From Oikopleura dioica (Eukaryota; Animalia; Chordata), in contig OU015568.1 in assembly GCA_907165135.1 (NCBI GenBank), positions 1,860,001-1,924,000 on the forward strand: 64,000 nucleotides of DNA. The letters are read 5' to 3'. How positions within the stretch are numbered: position 1 is the stretch's first letter; each line of letters starts with the position of its first letter. Positions 1-10,968 of this stretch are shown piece after piece. The translations under genes and the position numbers were made by a program. The notes under the pieces were generated by a model. The model searched no databases, had not been told where the DNA came from, and saw only the letters and a list, made by a program, of their open reading frames with translations.

Positions 1-2
1 AG

Positions 3-461
3 GAGCTCTGGAGGGAGGCTCGAAACGAAATGTGGCTTGTCAGAAACAAAAGAGAGGTACTAAAAGGCACTTGTCTTCAATTAAATGCCATCTTATCTCT
101 AGGCTGTCAGACAAAACGTTGCTCCAAGAGTGTCATTCCAGCGACCAAGAAGCGTAGAAGAAAGAACCTATGAATCAAAGCGACTCACTCATGACTTGGC
201 ACTCGGGCCTGATGTTACTTTTGAGGACCGTTTCATGAACATAGGTACTTCTTCCTTCTTCGAAGGCCCTGGGCCAGTTAATCTCTCTTCTTAGCTCAAC
301 GGGGAAATCAATGGACAAAACCAACTCATGTCAAATATCCTTATCTGCAGCAGCATTTAGAAACTGGAATTAACCCTAAAAAGCTTCATGCGCATTATCC
401 TGTCGCTGTTGAAAAACCTTTATCATGGCAAGATGTCAAAGGCTTTGGCCAAAAGAAATAA
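3..461 (+). CDS. 3' end of a spliced gene, unknown product (partial)
   Basis: GT-AG introns 57-102 and 245-294 join an open frame ELWREARNEMW...WQDVKGFGQKK with stop at 459-461. No recognisable domain. Confidence 0.65.
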
Positions 462-736
462 ATAATTTAATTTCCTCTATGCCACAAATGTTTTTACGAA
501 CATTTTGATCCATGCGTTCATTTTTTTTTTCATTTTTATCGCAAAGCAACGCAGTTAATATGCATGAAATAGCATCAAATTAGTCAGCTAATTTGAAAAG
601 GCTAGAGTTTACGTTTAAACGATTTAATTATAAGTTTCCATCGTAATAATTGCTCCAAGACTAACGATTCCGATCACCTGTCGAAAGAAATGAACATGCG
701 TAGAAACTCAGCAGACGCTGGAGAGAAAATACTCAA

Positions 737-1530
737 ATGCTTATCCTTTTTCTATTTTTTAAAACGATAGCAAGCACATGTTCTCTATTTAATGTCGATT
801 GTCAAGACACTGGAGCATTAATAACAAATGTTACCAATTGGTAAGGATTAACTGCAAGATATATTTATTAGATCGAGATTTTCAGGGTAGAACTGAAAAA
901 GTGATCTTTTTGTCGACAATTTGTTTTGCGAGTTTTCGGAATTGCGTTGATTCTACATTTTAGGACACTGCCTGTCATGAGTCCTCTGGCAATTCGATTG
1001 ATCAAGATCTCAAAAATCTTTTTCTAATAAGGAATGATCATAATAATACTGTATCAAATGATTGTGCGCTTTATCCACCTCGAACTCTTCAATATTCAAC
1101 ATGTTTTGATGACTTTTCTACTGACACCTCAGGTAGCGAACTAAAAGTCGAGTAGTATTAATAACCTATAATCAAGTGAATTTTACGGCACTCGTGGTCG
1201 AGTCAATTTCTATCGATAATACTTCGTTGATTGTGCAACGATTAGAAAAAGTCTTCTGCGAAACAAGCATCGAGGTCAAAGATGAAAAAGTGCCTTTTTT
1301 ACTTAGAGGATCCAGTATTGCAGGGAAGATCCCCATGATCGACCAGAATGTCACGCTAGATATTCAAGGTTTTGCCAAAATCGAAATTCTTTACAATAAA
1401 TGAATAAGGAGGAGAAACACTTGGTTCCTATGTCGATGTCTCAATCAAGAATATAACAGATGATGGTCTGTTTATCAAAGAACTCGTCGACTGTAATGTT
1501 ACCTTCGACGAATTAACAGGGAAAGATTGA
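737..1530 (+). CDS. Putative secreted protein, unknown function
   Basis: ATG 737 MLILFLFFKTIASTC is signal-peptide-like. GT-AG introns 841-885 and 1133-1176, plus one near 1369-1410, link to ORF 1176-1403 and end ...DELTGKD*. The junction near 901-963 is unresolved. Confidence 0.45.
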
Positions 1531-1774
1531 TCAAAAAAATGACTTTTTTCGATAAAAAACTTCAAATCTAAACAAAGTTCTCATGCTCGAGAATGGGGTA
1601 GTTACAGAAAATGGGAAAAAATTGGGCGGAAATTTGCTGTCTTCGGATTCTTTTAGATTCAGACGTTTTTCAACGAGTCCAAAAATTGCGACTGCTTTTA
1701 GCGTCGAGGAAATTTTGAAATGTAATGAAATTTTTCGTCACATTTTGATTTTTCAAAACTAATGAGTGTTCTTT

Positions 1775-2446
1775 TATATGGAAAGCGATAAAAACCACAA
1801 AAACAAAATCAAGTCTCTGCGATACATCAACTGATCCCTGCGCGTCTCTGGAAAATTGTATCACAATAGTCGATAGCTGCGAAAATAAAACAATGGTCGG
1901 AAATGAGAAGACAGTTGTAAGCGCTGCTCTTAATTACAAGGTCTCTGCAGAGGTTTACTGCACTGAAATTAACGAATGGAAAATCGTTCTCCACCTTACT
2001 AGTGATTCTGGACCATATGATTCTTCCACAAATGTGGGTAATCGACAGTTTACAATCGTTGCATCACCATGGGAAGGATGGTTTGAAGTCAGCGTCAACG
2101 ACCTTAATGCTGCCAAATTTAGAAATTGGTTCTGGCAAACATGTACAGTTGGTGAATGGAACACTTATTCCCTCGAAGTCAGGCAAGTTGATGGATCTCC
2201 ATCGACATTGCGATTTATTTATTACTTTGACGGCACACAGATTTGAGTTTTCAATAAGAACCTAAGACTCGGTTTTAACTGATAATTTTAGATTTTCTTA
2301 TATTAATAACTCAAGCTTAGATAAACGAAGGCACGTACGATGTCAGTGGAGCGTATTCTAGCGGAGATCTGAACGCGTTTGTATTTGATGATCCGCTAAA
2401 TTCTGTAAGAAACTTTTATTATCAAACTTTTGCTGATTCTGTTTAG
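1775..2446 (+). CDS. Beta-sandwich (ConA/LamG-like) domain protein, start uncertain
   Basis: ORF 1893-2246 extends upstream (Cys-rich CDTSTDPCASLENC). A last exon INEGTYDVSGAYSSG...SVRNFYYQTFADSV* gives a beta-strand-rich pattern. Fold assignment is inference. Confidence 0.4.
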
Positions 2447-2627
2447 AGAAATCTATGCATGCAACCTTTTCAATAAAAACTTCCCATTTATGTCAGGGGA
2501 CTTGATGTTTTTCGAGCATAATTCAAGTGTATTTTTGTTTTGTTTTATTTCCTTGTTAGAGTAAATATTTGCTCTTCAGATTTCTTTTTTGGACATGTCT
2601 TGAAAATGCAGAAAATAATGAGGCAAG

Positions 2628-3799
2628 ATGCTTCTATTCTTTTTATTCTTGCAGCTTGGTTTTTCGCAAGAAAAGAGAAAAGTCCTAGTTGATTGCGACC
2701 CAGGAATCGACGATGGACTTGCTCTTCAGTATCTTCTGTATTTGAACTCGACGGTTGAAATTGTTGCAGTGACGATTGTCGACGGAAACACAAAGACCTC
2801 GCAAAGTGCAGCAAATGCTCTTCGACTTTTCAAAAGCCACGGAGTAGATCCTGTCCCGCCGATCTACCTTGGTGCAGACAAAAACACTTCCAGCGATGAT
2901 TGGTTTGGAAAAGACGGTTTCGGCGATCGACAAGACCTCGAGCCCGTTATTTTCAAAGAAGACATTGAACAAGGAAAACATCCAGAGATTAGAACAGACA
3001 AGTCTTCTGCCGAAGCAATTGTTCATTTTTCACGGGAAGTGGGAGATTTGGCGATTTTAGCACTTGGGCCACTGTCGAATATTGCCTCGGCGCTAGAAAT
3101 TGACTCAAAGATACCTGAAAGAGTGAGAGAACTGACTATTATGGGTGGCAATTTGTATGGAACTGGCAACTCACCTGGGCAAGCGGCTGAGTACAATTTT
3201 TGGTTCGATTATCGAGCAGCGGAAAAAGTCATTTCAAGGAAAAGGGGAAGAATATTTTGGGCATTTATCTTCTCTTTTACTTTCGTCCCTTGTAAGCTTT
3301 CTTCCAAAACTGACTCCAAAAATAGTCACAATGGAACTAGCCTTTTCGAATCCCGTTCCCATCTCTTTCTGGGAAAACATGAAAAACGAGTTTCTGAAAG
3401 AAATATCAAAACTCGACGCAGAAAGGTATTTCGGTGAGCGCGAGAAAAGATGCGAGTTCGATTCCGAAAGCGGCTGGCCTCTTTGTGATTTGATCGCCGC
3501 AGTTCTTTGGACAGAGCCAGAAGTGGCACAAGAATCGTGGGAGCACGCGGTGGGTGTTGAAGTCGAAGGAAAATATTCAAAGTAAGGACTTCAATGAGGC
3601 GGATAAAAATGATTAAAGGGGTTTGATGGCGATCGAAAGATACAAAACAGGAGCCGATATGTTCAACTACTCCGGAAAAGCAACTTTGCCAACAAAAATG
3701 AACATGGATCAAATCATGGAATTGGATGGAATTAGAGCTTTTTCGTCCGCGAAAATTTTAACTCTGTCTTATTTTATCGCTGTTTTGCTATTTTTGTGA
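2628..3799 (+). CDS. Inosine-uridine-preferring nucleoside hydrolase family, signal peptide plus hydrophobic C-terminal tail
   Basis: VDCDPGIDD Ca-binding motif, LGPLSNIA, IMGG, AEYNFWFDYRAA and PLCD. GA-AG intron 3239-3296 repairs the frame change between ORFs 2628 and 3145. A GT-AG intron near 3583 leads to the tail ...AFSSAKILTLSYFIAVLLFL*. Confidence 0.9.
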
Positions 3800-3827
3800 A
3801 AAACATGTTTAATTCACTTTATTTCAA

Positions 3828-5730
3828 TCAATTTTGCGCAAAGGAATTGTAAATGAATAATCGTTGAGTTTTGCCATTATTGAAGAACCAGAAAATCGTG
3901 CATCCAATAAACGCGGTCGAAATTCCAAGAGCTGGCCAAAGTGTGGCGTGGACCATTTGAGAAGTTTTGATGGCGCGGTCTTTTGCCACGTGAAGTGGGT
4001 TCTTTGAATCAATTGAAAAAAGACATGGATTGAATTGGATTTTAAAAAGTTACCTCTGTAGACTGAAAGCATGGAAATTGCTGACCGGGGCGTCCCCACT
4101 CGAGTTTGTAGAAATCAACTAAATGAGACTTGAATGAAATCTTTTCAGGATAAATTTTACCTGATAAATTGATGATGGTGTTGTTGCAAGCGCATTCTGG
4201 CGGATGATAACTACAGCTGAGAATGTCAGTAACAAATGAATACTCGTTCGGATGGAGCAGGTAATAAGGCTGTTCTCCGTAATTCGGCTCGACAGCTACC
4301 ACGATTTCAAGACATTTCAAAGTGCTTTTAGGATTTAAAACGACTTTTATTGGGAATTCCTTGCGTTGAAAATATTAACCCTTCCTGATACAACCTCGGT
4401 GAAGGACATTTGTCACTCATTTGGCCATGATGATGGTTCTCTAAGGAGTTTGATTGAGTTTTGTCAGGGCCCTTTCCTGGACATAAGACTTCTCCATTTA
4501 TACGAGACTCCATGACAGTACAGTTTGTTTCGGCGAAATAATATGACTTCATTCCAGGGCAGACGATCTTATAGAGGTTCACATATTTTTCTTATCAGAT
4601 TATCCGAGCTACTTAGGTAAGTAATGACATCAAGAGAAAGCTAGAACTTTCGAAAATCCTTTCAATTTAACCAATTCCCGTAAAAAACTATACAAAATAA
4701 AATTATTGAATATTAAGGTTTCTCTAATGTTGTTTTCTCTTTGAATCCCCTTTCCAGAATCGTATAAACGAGCGAGACGCATGACAAAATGAAGAGAAGA
4801 GTAACAACTGCAAGCGAAAATTGCGACGGTCCGGGGCAGCCGCAGATACTCTGTTTCAAACCTGAATAAAAATCATCAACGAAAATGATTCCATACGATC
4901 GGGAGAGTTTTGTTTGCTACATCTTCGACATTTCTCTGAATTTGACTGATCCTATTTTTCGGCGTTTTTGTCATTATTTTTAAATTGACGATTTTTTTTT
5001 AACTGGCGTGGAAAAAAGTGATAATCTTGTTTTCCCTGCGTGGGATCAAAGGGAGATCAGGGTTAAAAATTCAAAATAAAAAGTGGGCTCTTGAGCTGAC
5101 AACTGGGTGAAAAGGTTTTCGATGAACGGTGGTTTGAAATTTTGATGAGTTTGAACGTAGAAAAAACTGCCTTGGCTGGGAATTAACAGTTTTTTCAAAC
5201 CTGGTATTTTCGTCTTCTTAATCCCGCCGACGATTCGGTAACCACTTTCCTTGCGAATCGCGGCTCTAGAATAATATCTCGTATGTCCGCCTTGGCAGTT
5301 TCGCGGATTAAAACACTGCTCAGGGCCTCTGTAACACCTATCCTCTGTAGCCGCCCTAGAAAAATGCTTCATATTCCACATGATGATTTCTTTATTTTGA
5401 GTATAATGAGTTCTTTGAAAGTTTAGTTTTGTCGGAGCTGTCATTTGGTCACTTAGCAATTTATGAGACAAAACGCAGAAAAGTTGACTTTCAAGATGAT
5501 GCCAGGAATAATTTCACTCAAGAAAATATAGATTATTTTAGTAAAACGGATGATTTAAAACAGTTTGGTAGAATACTAAATTTTCTCCATCTTCTAGAAT
5601 TGGCAAAAATTCTGATCTTATACTGCTGGACAAAATTTCTGGTTCCTTATTGAATTCGTATTCTAGAGCCCCGCCTTGGCCTTCTATCATCTCTAAAGTT
5701 CTTCGAAAACGGTTTGGTCACAATATTCAT
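3828..5730 (-). CDS. BK-channel beta-subunit-like (KCNMB/CaKB family) two-TM protein; 5' exons tentative
   Basis: TM1 FSLAVVTLLFILSCVSLVYTIL, then ETNCTV, KCLEIVV, CSYHPPEC, FPCF and TM2 preceded by MVHATLWP. This mirrors the KCNMB pattern (ESxCT, PCLxVxV, CSYIP, FSCY, LFHSLFWP). Stop at 3828-3830. Confidence 0.7.
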
Positions 5731-6076
5731 CCTTTGACTTTTTTGTTTCTTTGCTCTTTGTTTCCCCGATAACTTGAAGCCTAATCAAGCCTTTTTGGGG
5801 CTAATTTGCTTTCCTGAAAATGGGGATAATTGCCCATAAATATTCGTCTTCCCAACCGGCCATAAAACTTTATTTTCTTTCTGAATTCCGCTCTTCCCTC
5901 GAATTCAGAATCCACACTAAACGTATGATGTTTAATAATTTCATTCTAAATATTTTGAAAAATTGTTCAAAGAAAATGATGCGCCGGTGGTTTCTTAGAC
6001 GCTCTCGATTTCGTCTTCACTTTCACTTTTATTTTTTAACGAAGAGAAAAATCAAGCTTTTGAAATTTTCTCGAAA

Positions 6077-7477
6077 ATGAAGCTTTTGACGATAATTCCG
6101 ATATTGGCAAAAGCTCAGGATTATTATTACGAATACGATGGTTCCGGTGAAATCTACGAATACGAATATATCAACCCTAGAAGCAGAGTTTCAACATCAG
6201 GCCTTCAGTTTACAGAGGAAGAGATAAAGGAAGCACAAGAGAAGCAGAAGTTCGAATTCGAAGGCTCCGGAATGACGGGAGAAGATCTGGTAGGAACTTT
6301 TTCTTTCGAGACGGGAGGGTACTCTTATGAAGATGGGCAAGCCGCCGCGGCGATTCTTGATGAATTCGGAAGGGCGAAAAAACCTGTCAGAAAGCCATTA
6401 AGAAAGCCGACGAAAAAGCCGACAAAGAAGCCGACAAAGAAACCGACAAAGAAGCCCACAAAGAAGCCTACTACAACTGAAACTACCAAGGGTAAGAAAG
6501 ATTCATTTTTTTCAAAAAAGTATTTTTTGCTGAAAAAAAAATTTTTTTTTCATTTTTTTCTGAGAAAAATTCTAAAAACTAAATTATACTCAACAGTTAC
6601 AACAACATCCACAACGACAACCACCTCCACAACAACTACTACAGAAGAGCCAACAACAACGGAAATCGTCACAACAACGTCCACAACAACGACGACTTCC
6701 ACAACCATCCCGACCAAAAAAGTCACATTCTCCGATCAATTCGCATTTTTGGCCGCCGGAAACTCGCAGAATGCAAATGGCGGTTTTGGTCTCTTTGGAA
6801 GCTCAAAGGAAGATTTTGAGCAAGAAAGAGGGAAGAAGAATAAGAACAAAAAGAGCAACAAGAATCAAGTCATTGGAAACTACAATCAAAAGAATCAGAA
6901 TAACTACCAAAGCTACTTCCAGGCTCAATTGAAGAACGAGGAAGAGTTTTCTTGTTGGACTTGTTCTCGAAGCTACTGGGAAAAGGTAACACTACTTTGA
7001 TGATTTCAATAGCTTATTATTTCTCTAGGACTCGACTGGGGATATGTATCTCGATTGCCGAACCCACGGGGAAATGGTCACGTGTCCAAGGCAAAAAGAA
7101 GACTTGGGTTCGGACCATTTCTCCTCGGCAAACAGTTGTCAGATCACAGAGCGGCGCTTTTTCGGAATTGTGACCGAACTTCATGTTGGATGCAAACAGA
7201 CAAGGGCTTGCCATGCAAACTTCAAGCAAAATACCATGAATGGAAGGTAAGAGAAATTTTGATTTGCCTTCACCAAAATTATAGTTCCTGACTTATTAAA
7301 CCTTTTAGTGTCTACGGCAGATCGTGTCGCCCTGAAAGCACCTTTGGTATTTCAACCTGTCGCCAATGCTGCTCTGCTTCGGAGTGCTATTCTGACTCGA
7401 CGATATTGGCTGAAAGTTTTGACAAAGAATCTGAATGGCTTGATGAAACTTATCACGCGACTCTAACGGAAGTTTAG
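6077..7477 (+). CDS. Secreted mucin-like protein with KKPT repeats, Thr-rich stalk and C-terminal Cys-rich domain
   Basis: Signal peptide MKLLTIIPILAKA and GT-AG introns. The C-terminal domain reads CWTC...DCRTHG...TCP...CQITERR...GCKQTRAC...NFKQN...CRPES..STCRQCC...C. Stop at 7475-7477. Confidence 0.8.
6401..6472 (+). repeat. 12-bp coding tandem repeat (K-K-P-T)
   Basis: About six aagaagccgaca-like units, encoding RKPT/KKPT. Confidence 0.9.
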
Positions 7478-7708
7478 ACTATAAAAACTTCCTAGAATTG
7501 ACACTGATTTCTGTACAAATAAGGATGCTCTGAGATAAGAGCTGCTTCTGAATATCTCAATAAATGGTTTTACATACATTAAAAACAAAAATAAACTTGC
7601 TTTTCTGGGAATGTCTGATGACAAGCACTAGAAACCTGAGAAATCACCATCTGTTTTTGATAGAAAAACAAAAATCGGGTGTGGTGGTTCTCACAAGAGA
7701 CTTGTATT

Positions 7709-8583
7709 ATGAAACTTTTGGTAGGAATTTTCGCTTCTGCCCTTGGTCTTGAAGGAAATGTCTACTGTTTTATACTTTTTGTCAGATATCAAGGGTCTTA
7801 GACACCGAACAAGCCACTGGTTTCCAAACCGGGATCAAAACTAACGGCGAGCGATCTTGCTCCTGCATCGGAGATCCTGATTGGTGCGCCGACTTCTGCT
7901 CCGGCTCTGGTGGCGGAGATGGCGGTGGAAACGGCGGCTGCAGCTGCGTTGGCGATCCTCAGTGGTGTGAGGACTTTTGCAACGGCTCCGGTGGTGGTGG
8001 CGGCAGCGGCAGCACTGATCCTGAAATCATCATGAAATCAGTTCTCTCCGACTGCGGCTGGTACAACTGGTCGATGGTCAAATGCGCCGAGGAGATGCAC
8101 GATCGAATCCTTCGAAACACTGGCAACGCCTATTCCTGCATCACCACTGACGACTACAAAGGCTACGCCGCCTGGAAGACATACAACGTTGAAGACAGCT
8201 GGAACAAACTTGTTGCCGTCTGCGGGCCAAAATCAAATACCGCCGTGGCGAGATATTACTTCGAGCAACAGGTAATCCTTCGTTATTTTGATAATAATTC
8301 ATCATCTTATTCCTAGTGCGATGATTGCGCATACATGTGCACTTACTCCAACGACAAGCCAGATTGCGTGCGAAACTGCATTTCCGACCGAGGGCAACGA
8401 TTCTGCTCCAACTCCAGGTAAACCCCTTACCCGCCTTTTCCAACCCTTTTCAACCCTCTTAGCGGCCGATACAACCTCGTCGTCACCAACTGGAACCCCG
8501 ATGTCGCCTACTACGCCTACGGTGCACACATCTATGGTGCCCGTGGAATGGTTTACTGTACTGGCTACTGTGTTACCAACTGA
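7709..8583 (+). CDS. Secreted Cys-rich protein with a tandem CSCxGDPxWCxDFC module
   Basis: Signal peptide MKLLVGIFASALG. The first intron is probably GA-AG 7755-7801. Two CSC(I/V)GDP(D/Q)WC(A/E)DFC units are separated by Gly linkers. Two more GT-AG introns follow; the protein ends ...YCTGYCVTN*. Confidence 0.75.
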
Positions 8584-8782
8584 AATCGTCAATAAACATG
8601 TTTCGAAGAACCAAAAAAGGAATATATTGAAGGTTTATTTACATAATTTCCCTTCGGATTCTTTTTTCGTTGACTATGAGTGTCCTAGATCATTCAACAT
8701 AAATGGAAATTCCAGTGTTTCGCAGCAGTAGAGAGCACTTTTATTTAACGAAACGACGAAAATCAATGATACAGACGAAATA

Positions 8783-9348
8783 ATGAAATTTTCCCCGATT
8801 TTATTAGCGTTTTCCTTTGACCCGATTTTGGCGGAAATTTGCGATGAGAGAATCTGCACGATCTGCAATTATGTAATCAACTCTCATCGTCAACTTGAAA
8901 TGCCCAAGAACGCAAAGATGAAATGCTCGATGGTTTCTTCTTGCTGTGCCGCCTTCTTTCCCCCGGAACAAATTGATGAAGAGATGATTGCGAGAATTCA
9001 AGTTTTTCGTCATTGACTTTTTCATCCTTTTACCCGATTTTAGGCGCAAATGAAGCAATACATAGTCGTTGGAGTTGTTGGATCATTGTTTGGCTTTGCA
9101 ATTTGTGGGGCAATCGTGCTTATGATCAAGTATCTTATTGACAAGCACAGGGACTCTTCGAACTTGAACGCAATGAGGAGACAATCTCGGGCTAGGTAAT
9201 CCTAAATTTTAGATCTTGTTTTGACAGAACTTGCTTCAGATCGATCTCTGATGAAACAAAGGACCGTCGAAAATTGACGATAGGAACACTCTCTTCCATA
9301 GACTCATATTCGAATCAACGATCCCGTGCTTCAATAATTACCAACTGA
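8783..9348 (+). CDS. Small type I membrane protein with Cys-rich ectodomain
   Basis: Signal-like N-terminus, Cys-rich ectodomain, TM YIVVGVVGSLFGFAICGAIVLMI and Ser/Arg-rich tail. Two GT-AG introns. Confidence 0.7.
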
Positions 9349-9411
9349 AGAAAAAAAACTCCTGAAAATAAAAATCTATTTACAGAGCTTTACATTTGTA
9401 CAGCAAATCAA

Positions 9412-10968
9412 TTATAAATCATATTTATGAAGCCATTGAAATCGATTCGAATCAGGATCGTAGTCGGGAAATGTTTTCAGTAAAGATTTGAGCATTTGCA
9501 TTTCTTTTTGGTAGAAATTGAAGAGGAGGGTGGAGTTGGGTTGTTTGGTGCTACCATGACTGGTTCCTTTGCTAGATGGTAGACACATTGGCACTAGAAA
9601 ATATTTTAAGAAGATTCGCTTGAGCTAGGGTTAATCTATAAATTATAGAGTATAATCCACTTTGACATGACACGAAACTTCGCATCGTAAGAGTTACAAC
9701 TTGTAGCCAACAAAAAAGCATGTCAAAAGTAAAGTAAGTAAGTTTATAAACATAAACAAACCTGGCTCATCCAAGCATGGATATGGATAACGCGTCGCAA
9801 ATTCGAACGTCAATTCTTTATCGACCCCAACAAATTCTTCCACCAACCCGAATTCCTCCCCGGGGTCAGAAATAAGATTATCTCCATCCAAAAGAAGCAC
9901 TCGATCTTTTCCGAAAGCTTTCAAAAGAACGCTCAGTCGGGAGTAGTATAAGCCCATAAGGAGGACTTTTTTCATGTATTCACTCGAATTTTTCCCAATA
10001 TTTTTCAAATCCGCTGCAAAGACAGGGAGATCGAGGATGTTATGCCTCTCGTCGTAAGTGAAATTTTGCATGGCCGGCATCCATTTCTCATTCGCCATTT
10101 CCGCGAAGTCGAGATAATATTCTTCCTTGCCGTGCATTTTCAAATGCGACCAAAGTCGATGCATCGGATCGCAGAGAAGCACTAAAATCTTGACTCTTGG
10201 GGAGAAATACTTCATTGCTTCGTATCTTTTGAGCATTTTGTCCGTTTTTCCATTCATGTACCCAGGCGATTTTTCGACAAGGATCTCCGACTCATGAGCT
10301 TTTGGAAGATTGTAAGCAGCTAGTGCTTGTTCCGTTGTCGGTTTCTTCTTTTTCTTAGCATTGTACATTAGCCAGGAAAATGCTGGTTCTACGAATCGAA
10401 AGACTAAAGAATCAACTTTGTTTAAGTTTTCGACATGATAAGCCACAAAGAAAACATTCCGTTAGAAGTTCTGTGGTTAAACCTATGTTCCACAGATTCG
10501 TAATCTAAAAATTACGTTTCAACATACCAATTTGAGAATGACAGTCCAAAAAGCTCAAGGATCCGGTGCCGCATTTTCCAAATCCGACTGCAATTAAATT
10601 CGGCATTTTGTCAATTCTTCCTTTTTCATTTTGCGCAAGGGGGCAACTTGTATCTTGTCTATTCAGATAAATTTCTGGAATGTGGAGTCCTTTCTTCGGG
10701 GTGTATCCATGACTTGGTTGGTACGATTCGATGTTTTTGAGGAGAAATTCGTTGATGTTTGAAGCATTGTGGATGTATTTTGAGGTGAGGTTTGGCTTGG
10801 ATTTGGGTTACCAAAGCTTGGTTAGGGTTAGGGTTAGGGCCTTATTGGGATGGCTTATCATTTGTTTACCCATTCCTTGTTTGAGCTAGTCTGAGTGAAA
10901 ATGAGAACGAACACTAGAATCGTTATAACAATTATAATTTGCGAATTCCCAACATTTTCTGATCCCAT
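9412..10968 (-). CDS. Heparan-sulfate 3-O-sulfotransferase-like type II Golgi sulfotransferase
   Basis: N-terminal TM IIIVITILVFVLIF, 5'-PSB IAVGFGKCGTGSL, EKSPGY, 3'-PB LLCDPMHRLWS, GLY, DGDNLISDP, YPCL and CLPSSKG. Confidence 0.8.
10822..10839 (+). repeat. (TTAGGG)3 telomere-like repeat in intron 1 of the sulfotransferase
   Basis: ttagggttagggttaggg read directly from the sequence. Confidence 0.9.

Noticed and set aside
5046-5471. 141-aa minus-strand ORF as a separate gene
   Set aside because: Its donor phase does not fit the downstream exon, while another frame in the same region does. No homology recognised.
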